The notes below the pieces were generated by a model that searched no databases, was not told where the DNA came from, and saw only the letters and a program-made list of their open reading frames with translations. The translations under genes and the position numbers were made by a program. This document shows positions 43,318 to 55,200 of a DNA stretch of 64,000 nt, in pieces. This stretch comes from Tubiluchus corallicola. Lineage: Eukaryota > Animalia > Priapulida. The stretch spans positions 248,001 to 312,000 of the forward strand of contig JAQGDQ010000179.1 of the NCBI GenBank assembly GCA_030141605.1, in the 5' to 3' direction. Position 1 is the stretch's first letter. The number at the start of each line of letters is the position of its first letter.

Positions 43318-45328
43318 ATGAAACGTATGTTTCGAAGACTTCTTTTGGTGATAACTATTGTTGCTTTTATCACACTTCAGCTGGGTTAGTAGAATTATTA
43401 ATTTCATTTTAGTTCAAGATTTTATATTCAAAGAGCGTTGGTCCTATATCATACAGTACGAACTTGCGCAAGTTGTTTAACGCGCTTCAGATAACAGTAA
43501 GGCAGCTATTTAACGATGCCCATCAAAATGCAAACTGACATGTATTTTCACAGTGAAAACGTTTACTAAAAAGTGCGTATTTAAATTTTGTTCTGCTAAA
43601 CTAAAAATGTCCACTCGTTAAATATTTTAAATTTGAGAACAACTAGAACAATCAGCATTAATAATTGCAATTGCCAGATTGTTATTAATAATAATTTGCA
43701 ATTATAACCACAAATATTAGAATTTTACAGTTATAGAATTACAAATAAATCACTATAATGATGGAATTAACCCACAAATATAATTAATTGATTATAATTT
43801 TGCGATTAGTATTATAATTCTTTACTCAAGAATACATTTTTTTACAAAAACTAATGTAATTAGTTAAATAATTACATCAGTGTCAGTAAAATAATAAAGA
43901 TTGACTGCTTGGTGATAAGGTACTGTGATGTAATGTGGACATGGCGTTTGCTGCAGTTTAAAGGTAGTTGGTTCAAATCCAGGTTCCGATAAAAGTTTTA
44001 TGCATTTCTTTTTATTTAGAAAAATTTGGTTTTTGTAAACTCATTGTTTATGGCTCACTGGATCACTCATTAGTATTCTTGTAATTAAGATTAGAAGTAA
44101 ATTATGAAGTAAAAGTTACGGATTGTACATGTTCGATTTATTGACGAGTGATTTTAAAAATGGATATTTGATCCTTTGAATTCTGGATATTTTTTTAACT
44201 TATGCAATTTTATACATTTAAACAGGATGGATGCTGCTTAGTAAAAGAGGCTATTCCTGTAGAACTTTGGACTGCGATATAGAAAAAAGCACAAAAGTCA
44301 GTCAACCAGTTGTTACACATCATGCCAATATTAAGATCATTCTCTTTTACACCAAATTTTTTAAAAAGAATGACTTCTACGTCGGTTTTGGTACAAAAGC
44401 ATTCAAAGACTGTTCTGAATGGGGTTACGAACACAAATGTTCAACAACTGACGACAAACGACTAATAAATTTTGCAGATGCTGTCATTTTCCATGGTCAA
44501 ACAGACAACCTTGTTGTTCGCGATCTCCCCAGGAACAACAGGAAGCCGTGGCAACGATGGATTTTGTATTGTGCAGAATCGCCAATGAGGACAAGTAAAC
44601 TGCTGTACAAAAAACTGGATGGCATCTTTAACTGGACAATGACATATCGGTTAGATTCCGATCTAAACTACTACTATGGTGGCTTTGTTCACAGCAGCAG
44701 TCCATGGCAATACCAAAACCAGGCACTAGGTAAAACAAAACTGGTAGCTTGGGTAGTTTCAAACTGTAAGACAGCAGGCAGGAGACTACAGTATGTAAAT
44801 GCCTTGCGTAAGTATCTGCCTCTAGACATATATGGGAAATGTGGTGACCTCAGATGTGGGGAAGGCGAGAGTTGTTGGTCAGAATTGGAGCAGAAATACA
44901 AATTTTTTCTTGCATTTGAAAACAACATTTGTGCAGACTATGTTACTGAGAAACTTTATCGAACAATGAAATACAATATAGTGCCTGTTGTAATGGGTGG
45001 TGGCAATTATACTAGAATTACACCACCACACTCTGTTATTGACGTATTTGACTTTACCTCCGCAAAGCAACTAGCTGAGTATTTGCTGATGTTAGACAAA
45101 AATGACGATAAGTACAATGAGTACTTTAGATGGAAAAGAGATTTTAGTGCAGAATTATGGAACAAGAGATCGTTTTGTGTACTCTGTGACAAACTGCACA
45201 ATAAAAGTGAAGGAAATAAAGTTTACAATGACTTGTACAAATGGTGGTTTCTGGAAAAATGTGTTGCAGGACATTGGGGTGATGATGGGGAATGGCTTGG
45301 TAAACAGTTTCCATGGCTGCAACAATGA
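43318..45328 (+). CDS. Alpha-1,3-fucosyltransferase (glycosyltransferase family 10), 389 aa; exons 43318-43384 and 44226-45328
   Basis: GT10 motif YKFFLAFENNICADYVTEK, plus FNWTMTYRLDSD, VAWVVSNC and DIYGKCG. The missing type II anchor is supplied by upstream exon MKRMFRRLLLVITIVAFITLQL-G|gttagt (phase 1), which joins aacag|GA-TGG-ATG in frame. Confidence 0.9.
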
Positions 45329-45873
45329 TCAAACTCACACTGGTGAAAGTATAAGAAAAACTTTATTGTTTCAGCCACTTTAGATCATAAAAATACAGAA
45401 TTAGACACTACAGAACATGATGCAAAATGATACTGTTGCAGTCATCGTTCACAGATAATGTTAGTTTTATTTGTAATAGTATTTAAATACATTAAAAAAA
45501 CTATTCAGAGCTCAAATGAACAGAGAACAGGAAACTGACAAAGAATTGTCAGTTTTTGAAATGTTTCAACATATAAGTTTCTTACACATTACTAAAAAAT
45601 ATCAAATAAAAAATAAAGAAATTATTATTCGTTTAACACCTTGTAAAGTTAAGAGATTTCCTTATCTTCCATTAGGCTACAAATGCAAAAGAAAGCGAGA
45701 GTTGCTATTCTGTCATGTAAAGCAAGCGCCATACTTTGCAGCCAAAGTTGCAAACTTGGGAGTAAAAATTTGTAGGTTGCAGGCAATTTCCTGCCACTAA
45801 CTGGTCAAAACATTCTAAAATACCTTTTTATGACAATTTTAAAAGACTGCTTGCCATAATACCATAAACCCAG

Positions 45874-47268
45874 TTAAGAATCAGCAAAAGTATAATCATT
45901 GGTGATAACCTTTGTGCTATTAGATAAAATAGAACTTGCAACATTTTTGAAATTTTGCAAGTGTCTGTCAAATAAAGATCTGATATGTTGCTGGTATTTC
46001 AGTTGCTGACATACTAAACTGCCAGCTGCTTGTTGTGTCTTTACATCCGGGAGATTGTTCTCTGGCCATAAAGAATCGAAAATCCTGTCAATTTTCAATT
46101 CAAAGCTTTGCTGAAATGACAGGAAAAATTCTTTCAGTTCATCTAATTCTTTGTTAAGTTTTTGCACTTCTTCTTTACAGTTACACGCCAATTGTTTTTC
46201 AGTATGCAAAAGTGCTTCTCTGGGTGAGTATTGTACAGATGATACGTTTGGATGGAAATTGTTTCGTAAAATATCTGTAGCGTGTTTGTCATTGTTTTCC
46301 TTAAGTAACTTGTTTTCTAATCGTAGTGCCTTTATTTCGTCTGACAGAGCAGTGATATTCTTTTGCTGTTGGTCAACAAAATTACACTTTTCAGTCAAAG
46401 CGAAAACTTCTTCACGTTTGCATTCAAGCTTATTGGAAAGACGATTTGTCACTGACTGTTTCTCGATGTTTGCAGCTTCAAGTTTATCTATAGCGATTTT
46501 TTGCTCCTGAACCACATTTTTCATTGTGTTCAAAGAAGTGGTCAATTTCTCATTCAGTTGGTAATATTCATGGGACTTGTCATTTGCTTGACTACAGGCG
46601 CTTTCTAAATGCTGGATTCTTTGTTGCAAGCTCGTAACAAGTTTATTTGTTTCCTGCAGCTTTCTAATTCGAGTTTGTTGTTGAACACTTTGTTCTTCTA
46701 GTGCGCTAATTTTCTCATTCAACACCCATCGCTCGCATTCAAGTGAATTTAATTTTTCTGCATAAATATCTTTCTCTGCATTTAGGCCACTCTCGCGTGA
46801 ATGTAGATGGGAAATTTTGTTCTCGGCATCCTTTTGCAAACTCGTTTTAAGCGCTGAGAATTTTGATTCTGCTTCTGCACCAGTTTGAAAGAGTGCACCA
46901 CCGTGCTTCCTTTTAAGAAGATGTTCATAATCACTCTTCAATGCTAAGAGTTCATCTCGAATAAGCTCCACTTGCTCGTGCAACTGTTTCTCTGCGTTAA
47001 CTTTACAATTAAGCTTTTGCTTTAGTGTCTCAATTTCTTCATGCTTTCCTTTTAAGAGATCTTTCTTAGATTCGCATTCTTGTGTTTTTACTCGAAGATT
47101 TTCTTGAATGCACTTGGCTTCATAGTCCCATGACAACTTTTGCTGTATGAACAGAATGTCAATCTGTTGCATTAATTCAGATAGTTCTGTCTCACATTTT
47201 GCAGCCAATGTACTGGAACTAGGAAACCGTTGTTCTCTTAATAATTCCTTCCAAACAAGTGAGTCCAT
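45874..47268 (-). CDS. CEP63: CEP63/DEUP1-family centrosomal coiled-coil protein, 464 aa, single coding exon
   Basis: N-terminal CETELSELMQQIDILFIQQKLSW matches the family signature [23 protein letters not shown], followed by a long coiled coil. First in-frame ATG is 47268 (the track start is a GTG). Candidate 5'UTR intron 47319-47707 (minus strand gtaagg...tttttag). Confidence 0.8.
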   Translation of the reverse strand: MDSLVWKELLREQRFPSSSTLAAKCETELSELMQQIDILFIQQKLSWDYEAKCIQENLRVKTQECESKKDLLKGKHEEIETLKQKLNCKVNAEKQLHEQVELIRDELLALKSDYEHLLKRKHGGALFQTGAEAESKFSALKTSLQKDAENKISHLHSRESGLNAEKDIYAEKLNSLECERWVLNEKISALEEQSVQQQTRIRKLQETNKLVTSLQQRIQHLESACSQANDKSHEYYQLNEKLTTSLNTMKNVVQEQKIAIDKLEAANIEKQSVTNRLSNKLECKREEVFALTEKCNFVDQQQKNITALSDEIKALRLENKLLKENNDKHATDILRNNFHPNVSSVQYSPREALLHTEKQLACNCKEEVQKLNKELDELKEFFLSFQQSFELKIDRIFDSLWPENNLPDVKTQQAAGSLVCQQLKYQQHIRSLFDRHLQNFKNVASSILSNSTKVITNDYTFADS

Positions 47269-48299
47269 GTTTGAATTACACTTTTTCGGCACATGTCACA
47301 GGCAGGTAATAAATATGTCTAAAAACAGTAATCACTATGGGAAACGCGTATCTAACTGCTTACGCATGTAGGAAGATGATGATACTTGGCATTAGAGATC
47401 TAATATCCCGATATTTAGTAAAACAAATTTTGGCATGCTCTCCTCTGGCCATACATATACCGTTCAATTAAAGCTAAAACCACAAGGACAGTAAATTTTT
47501 CCTATCCAGTTGCAGTTTGCACTATAAACAATAAATCTGCAATTATTCTCTATAAATAATCACGTTACATGTATATAGTTCCTTAACACTTATGCAACAA
47601 CTGATTGAATTTGTTTGTGTTCATTTTCTTTGACTTTTGTTGTAGTACGTAAACCACACAAATTATGTATTTAACAATAATACTGATGAAGACGATACAT
47701 TCCTTACCTACTCTAGATACATGTGCTTATAATATAATTTACTGCTTAAGGAAAATAGCCAGTATTAGTTTACCTAGCCTAGCCTCTACCCTTCGCTTGT
47801 TACACAGTCGTTTCTTATTTTTAATAAAGAAATTAAAAAAGTTAAACATCTAAAATAAGGTTATTCACAAAAAATGGAATCAAACACGTGCACGTTATGT
47901 TTAGTTTTTAATTTCGCCCGCATTCAATAGAGGGCGCGTTACAGTCATTAATCAACTACACATAAAGTATAATATAATTATACTTTAGTGTAATTATAGT
48001 ACACCAGATGTTTCATTGTTATTGGTATAACTCGTATGTGTGTTTTCCACATAATTATGTATGATGTATCATATTTTCATTGTTTTGGTTATTACATTTG
48101 TTACTTTTTGCATTTATTTTTTATAACTGATTTTAAGTTAAATTTCAGAATAGTAGATTAGCACTAGTAGTAGTAGATCTTCTCGACGTAGTTCTTCAAG
48201 AGTTTCAAGAACTTAGTTTGTAATTCATCTAAGGCTGTATGTAAAAGCTTAAAGGACACCAGGTCTAAGTACAAAAAGTTTCTGCGAATTAAAGCAAGA

Positions 48300-51200
48300 A
48301 CTCGTCTAGCCCTCTTAATGATTTACAAAGTAAAGTTTTTAAAATGCAGATCATCATCAAGAACAACACCAAGGTCTTTGTCTTCTGACGAGTATGCTAT
48401 TCCTTCACTCTCCATACTATAACAAAACTCTTTGAAATGGATACAAAACACTAGTTTAACGTGTTGACCAAAGGTTTCTTTATTCTGAAATACAATTATT
48501 AACATTTAGTTTAATTTGCATTGAGTAGAAGAGAATTAGTTGCATGATTAAATGTATTGCAATAACTAAGAACTGATATAAAAATTATGTAGACTATATC
48601 GAAATTAATTAATAATAACTTACGTTGTTAGAGCCTTTAACAGTTACAAAGACAGGAATGAGAACTCCAAGTAGCCTTAAGAACAACAATAAATTCGTAA
48701 GAAATTGACAGTCATAATGCCTAAGAAAATAGAGCAATGGCAGAGAGAAGCAATAGACAGGTAAAATGTCATACAACTACTACAGCTATAGTTCACGAAA
48801 GGCCAAAATACTAATGTATTGAAGGATATTATGTGCTTCATTTTTAAAAGAGTGACTACTGTAAAAAGCTAAATGCCTACTAAGTAAACAAACAGGTGGT
48901 AGCACCGTGGCAATAATTGAAAACTAAATTAAAACCAAAAAAGGGCCTATGCACCCACTACACTCTTTATTGGCTCCCACTACAATTACAGAGCTTTTAC
49001 CAGGATGGAAGGCCATGCCATTCAGATCTGACCATTCACTAAGAGAGTCCCAAGTCTTCTTGCAGTTTAGCACAGTTAGTATTATGTTATGCATTATTCC
49101 TTATGCATGAATAATGACATCATGTTTGAATCATCTGCCAAAAGTCTCAGTTCGTATTGTCCATAATCTGGCAAATCATTCACAGTTATCAGGAGCATCA
49201 AAGATCCCAAATAAGATCCCATCACTGGTGACTGCCGCAGTACTGGATAAAACCCATCCACTATAGTAGCTTGCTTGCCATTGTTAAAAAAGCTGTCAGT
49301 CCAGCTTAGCGTTAGACTGTAATGCCATCAGATCTCATTTTTATTAATAATTTGCTAATGGGGCACTTTATCAAAAGCTTTCTTCATATCGAGGAAAATG
49401 ATATGAAGTGGAGTTCTGTTATCCTGCACTGAAACCAAGAGTTCTAGCACCCTAATAGCTGGGAGACTGTAGATTTTCCCTTAATGAAACCATTTTGAAC
49501 AGTATGCTTGAAATTTTACTCCATGCTCTGTTACACTTGAACTTTTCTGCAATTTTTCCTACAGAGTTCAATAGACTTACAGGCCTGTATTTAGCACAAT
49601 CTGATTTAGTCTTTTTTTTAAAGATGGGCTAAGTCTACCAAATTTCCACTGATGACGGATCTGACAAGTAGAGAACGATTTCTTGATGATCAATGTAATG
49701 GGTTTGCACAAGTGCAGTGCACATTCTTTGAGCAAACGAGGATGAAAATCGTGAAGAGATGATTCACTAGTTGAGAACTTCATCTTTAATATCGTCTTCA
49801 GAGACATTCAAATTGTTTATGTCAGAAGACCTCTAGACAGTGGGTACGAGTTCCTCATCGGATTTAGGGTTAAACACGCTAGCAAAAAAAACGTTCAGAG
49901 AGGATGCTTTATTTATCCTTCTTTAGTGGATAAATAGTACTTTTGGGTTTTGACACCCTGTTTACGTACTACCAGAATTTTTTAGGGTTACTTTCTAAAG
50001 CAACACACTTTCCACAAAGACATCTTAATGATTCCATTATTAGAATTTTTCCTATAATCCACATACGTTCATATAGTTTTCATCAGTTCTGTTCCTTTGC
50101 CACATTTTGAAAGCAACCCTTTTTAATTCAGTTTTAGCTTTAATGTCATTATTAAGCTATACCAGACATTGACTGGTTGATACGTTACCAGCATACGAAG
50201 ACAAGTGAAATAACATGCTGACTAACTGCCATACTAAATTTTTCAGCAAAAATGTCCCACACATTTTGTACTGTATAAACACTATCCAATATATTACAGT
50301 TTTTTTCATTAACCTTGACCTTACTCAAAGCCAAATGCTTCAAAGGTTTTGACACCGTTTTTCTAGGATTCACAGAAGTTATAAAATGAAAGCAAATATG
50401 GTCGTTCTTTCTCGGCGGTTCAGAGTAATGACAAAGTAATGGTTAATTCAGTATTTTGATTAGTAAATGCAAAGTCTAAAGCAAATAGGTTTTGACCCAA
50501 ACGAAAACGCATATATTCACATATATGTTGAAACAATAAATTTCTGTCAAAACAATCTGAAAAATCTGTTCTATGCGATTGTTTAGAATTTCAGATCCCA
50601 ATCTACGCCAGTTAGATTGAAATAACCCAAAATACAAAGATAGTCTTTTTACTTTACTTTTTAGGTGAGTAATGTAATCAGTCAGTCGTAGGAGCTGCTT
50701 ATCCTGATCTTCTGAGGAGGAGGGGCTATGATAAATTACTACAAATACCAGTGCTTCTTCACTAGTTTAATTTGAATTCCACAAGCAATGTAATTAGTCA
50801 GTTGTAGGAGCTGCTTATCCTATCAGTCATTGGAGCTGCTTATCCTGATCTTCTGAGGAGGCGGGGCTTGATAAATTACTAAAAATACCAATGCTTTTTC
50901 ACTAGTTAGTTTAATTTTAATTCCACAAGCAACAGCAAAATATTTACATTCAACTGTCGAGTAATCAACAGAATTATTTACAAATATACAAACACCCCTT
51001 CCATTAGGAACATAAATAGCTAACCCATAGCCAATCAACAATAGCTCATAGCCATCAATAGTTATTGATCTGTTTTTTGTATTAACCTCTGTTATTGCCA
51101 ATATATGTGGTTTATTTTTTTCCATTGATCAGTTTTTTAATAAACGTTAAGAACTTCTAGCAAAAATACCAATGGACAACACATTGAGACCAGTTTTTAA

Positions 51201-51540
51201 TTTAGACCGCAGTTTTTTACATTTTGATAAGCCAGACACAGATTTTGCAAAATTTTGAGAGAGGACTTGTAATTTGTTTCTTACTTCAAGTCCAGAGCTT
51301 TTTGTTGACATAAACTATGCTCTGCTATAGTTTATGACCCAGCTTTTCTCAAGTTCTGCTTCTTTTTTGGTCCTAAGCTCCTCTTTTAATGCTTGACGTT
51401 CTTTGCGCTGGCGAAATGTAAGGTCAGGTCTAACATATAAATCCTCTGGCACATTTTTGAAATAATCATGTTTATAGAAGGCATCCAGTACATTAAATTT
51501 TATGTTCCTAGAATTTACTTGGAACTTCAACATGTCACAT
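48300..51540 (-). mobile_element. Near-full-length, heavily decayed CR1-group LINE (ORF1 end, APE endonuclease, RT)
   Basis: Minus-strand fragments in the expected order: ORF1-like YVRPDLTFRQRKERQALKEEL (about 51.4 kb), endonuclease PHILAITEV (51.1 kb), HPRLLKECA (49.7 kb), DMKKAFDKV (about 49.38 kb), LADD RT motif (about 49.14 kb), KDLGVVLDDDLHF (48.36 kb). Many stops and frameshifts. Confidence 0.85.
50671..50932. repeat. Tandem duplication (~116-140 bp) inside the LINE endonuclease region
   Basis: ggagctgcttatcctgatcttctgaggagg...ataaattact...aattccacaagcaa occurs twice. ggagctgcttatcc occurs three times. Confidence 0.8.
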
Positions 51541-52262
51541 TAGTTGTCATTTTTGGCTTTAATACGATGACTGTTAAAAGGTAAAATATGTTAAAATATA
51601 ACACTTTCAGTTTGTTTTGCACTTTCTGTACTTTTAGAATTTATTTGCCTCCTTCATTAAGCATTGTCTACTAATTTTTTTAAGGACTATTGTTTTGAAG
51701 GTGGATGAGGCTTGATTCAGTTACATTGTTAATAAACTTTACTTGGGCCGTCCGTGCACTGCTGTACTCCAGAATAATGGTGCACCACATTTAACTATCT
51801 ATTATTATCTATATCGATGATTTATCTATTATTAACTTTGGAGAAAGAAAACCACTATAATTTTCTAGCATTTACCCAGACTGGAAATGGGGTGCAAAAA
51901 CACTGTAGACATCTTTATTTAGTTATGTCATTTTGCTTTGATGAAGGCAATACCTGTCCTGTCCTGTGTTTAATTGGTTGTCTATCTACTGTAAACAAGT
52001 GTTATATTTTGACCTTTCACACATTGTTTACTTTTCTTTAGACTGCACGCCACTAGGCTTTAATGTTGACAACTAACTTAAATAGTGTACTATACAGCTG
52101 CTTATGTCTGAACGTCAGTATGAGTGTTATAAAGATGAAGATAAACTAATTTTGGCTTATTTTTCTGTTTTTTTATTTTTCTAAGCTTTTCATATACAGC
52201 TTTGCTCTTTTCAGGCAGCGTATTTTCATTTAGTACAAAGTTGTATGTAAGATTTTGTTGGT

Positions 52263-55200
52263 ATGGAACTTGTGCTTCAACTCCTATCATCCTATCAAGG
52301 CAGAGATAAAGTTATTAGAACTTGCTGCTATGCCTCTTCGCTGCTTTCTGGATTTGTAAAGGACAAAAATGCAGCCAGACTGGTGTTATTTAGTGCACGG
52401 CTGTCCGAATGTCGAGTTGTTCTTCGGCTGTTTGATGACTTACCGATGTTAGTTTACACTTATAACTATGGTTTGGGAAAAAAGGTTTGCAGATTTGCAT
52501 TTCTATAGATTTTTCTATAATGTAGTATGTAAGTGGTCATAATCAAATATCCATTTTTAATTCTTGTTGTATTATAATAAATTAGAATAACTAATTGGTG
52601 AGTTTAATTAAGTACCTACTCAGTTCGTTAGACTTTACAAATAAGATTTGTTGGTGATAGTGAATAAAGTTATTCACAAAAAAGTTTGGATATGTGCAAA
52701 TGACCTGCTGTACCTTTTTGTTTAAATGTATGAACTTCTATCTAAAATGTATGAAGTTCCACTATATGTAGATTGTGAATTTTTTATTTCAGGAAAAAGA
52801 CAGGACTGTGGCAAGGTTAAGTGTCGCCAGCAACCTTTGCAATCAAACTTTTTTCCCACTAGAACATTTAGCATGGGCTGGTGATAATCACATTCTACCA
52901 ATCAAGAACACGGGTCTCTTCCGTAATCTGTCTTTGATGGCCTGGATGTCCTCGTTATTGTTTGAGATAGTAAGGTATAGTCTTTCTATCCAGAGCATAT
53001 TTAATTAAATTATTACTTATCATTTAGTTTTTTTTGTTAATCACATTTTCAAGTTTATTCTAATCAATTCTCAGCAATACTCTGCTTTAATTAAATCTGA
53101 GCAGTAGATTTACAGGATTTTCTGTGTCAGAATTTCATACAGAAATACGGACAGTATTCTATGAACCAATAAAGTGCTGGTGCATTTGCAATTTTATATA
53201 TCTTTGTGATAGCCTTAATTTGTTTATCATCAACAAGAAGCTCTGTCTTTTGTTATTTATTAGATTTGGCGAGTATCTGTGTGCCATAGTTAATTTTTAG
53301 TGTTTAACAGTACATGTATAACATGTATACAAATGCTAAAGTCTTGCATTTTTCATATGCATCAGCACGCTACATTGCTGGAAAGCATTCAAAGGTAGGG
53401 TGCAGTCATAGAGATGTTCACGGCATGACCGGATCCTCACTCATTATCAAGATTATCACTTTTAAGTGAGTCACTAAAGTGTCTCAGCAAATTAGGATTT
53501 ACAGTAGATGCTGCATAATTTCATTCTGTATACTTGGAAATATCGTTCATCACAGACAGATTAGGTGGAACGGATTTGTTTCTATATATCTTAATGCATA
53601 AAACAATCCTAAAATTCTGTGTTTTTAACTTGGTGTATCACTGAGTTCGGCATATACATATATCAGGGTAACAGTCTACACAAAATCCATTGTATTTGCT
53701 GCACTTCTCTTATACGCACAGAAACATTGTCAATACAATGAATGAGCTTTAAAGGCTAGCCAGTCAATAGAGGTGTAAAACAATCGGAAAACAAATCAGT
53801 AAATACTACAACTTGTTTATTGGCGTGACACTTGCAAATTGCCTGATTTCCTAGGGAACTTGCGGGCCAGTATTTCACTGATTCTACTCCTTCAATAAAA
53901 AGTAGAAAATATTAAGTGACTGCAGTATTATTGGTCGAACTTCCACTATTGGTTTCCCTGCTCTCCCGTAACTCCCTAACAGACCTTTCTCAGTAAATGA
54001 GATAGTGTTTTATGTGCACATGTAAGTGTCTAAAGTAAACCTTACATATTAAATTTCACTACTGATTGCTTATTATCGTAATTATACAATAACTGGGTGG
54101 CTCCATTTTGAGTTAGGGTGCGATGAGTGTGTAACTACCATTAGTGCTAGGTATTTAGGTATTTTTAAATAGAATATCCAAAACAAATATAGTCAGTCAA
54201 AACTTAAGAATTTTAAAGCAAACTAAATAACATTTGGCCATGAAGCAGGTTCCTGTTTCAATAAATAGCTATATGCACGCACACAGTGCCACTGAGAAAT
54301 GACTGTGCGAAAATGCGTCTTCACAGGTCTTGTATAGTTTCCTCGGCCTAAGCTATTTGAAATACAAGGCGTTTACTGTATGTATATATATATATATATA
54401 TATGCTCTATCTCTATGAAACGTTTGTATATTTAAATTAATAATTATAAAAACCTGTAATATGATAATAAACAATTTATTTTAACATTTATCATAGGGGA
54501 ATTAGAATCATTTTATTATTAAACAAGAAAAGACATACCATGTTGAAAAGATCAGCTGCGGAGCAAGATCAGAGGTATGTAAAATGAACTTTTTTGGCTA
54601 AGCTTTGAAAATATTTAGCATTTTTGCTGCTGTATGCCAGCTATGACATTAATGTAATCGTAATGTCAATGTTATTATAAACCCGCAATTGAGTTTGGCA
54701 TCAAAATTTAAAGTCAAACTACCGTATTTTCCCGTGTATAAGAGACCCTTTTTTGCTCAGAATTTTCACTTTAAAAATAGGGGGTCTCTTATACATGGGA
54801 GTAAGTCTTTTCAATAAGATGCATAAATTGTGACACTAATGATTTTAAAGAAATAAGTGCTCTACAACTGTTTTGCGTGTCGCGTTCGACTATGAAGCGG
54901 TTGTAAGCAATACAAGCATCATGACACAGGCATTATCTCCTCGTTTTCTCTTTTCCTGTTACAGGTTTGCAGGTACGCACTTTAATATATACCAGTACTC
55001 TTTTTCTACAACACATTAACTGGTTTTATTTTGTTTTCAGTACCGCACTGAGTTGAAAAAAGTTGTACTCTACCCTCTAAAAATGTCCGTCTGAAAAAAC
55101 TTTTTTCCAGAATTTTTGCCTAAAAATTGAAGGGGTCTCTTATACACAAGGGTCTCTTATACACGGGAAAATACGGTAAACCCTCACTATAATGTAGGCT

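Noticed and set aside
53263-53394. Alternative candidates for PEX11G exon 3
   Set aside because: The first hits an early stop and the second ends in the wrong phase. Exon 54497-54574 fits both phases and the family sequence.
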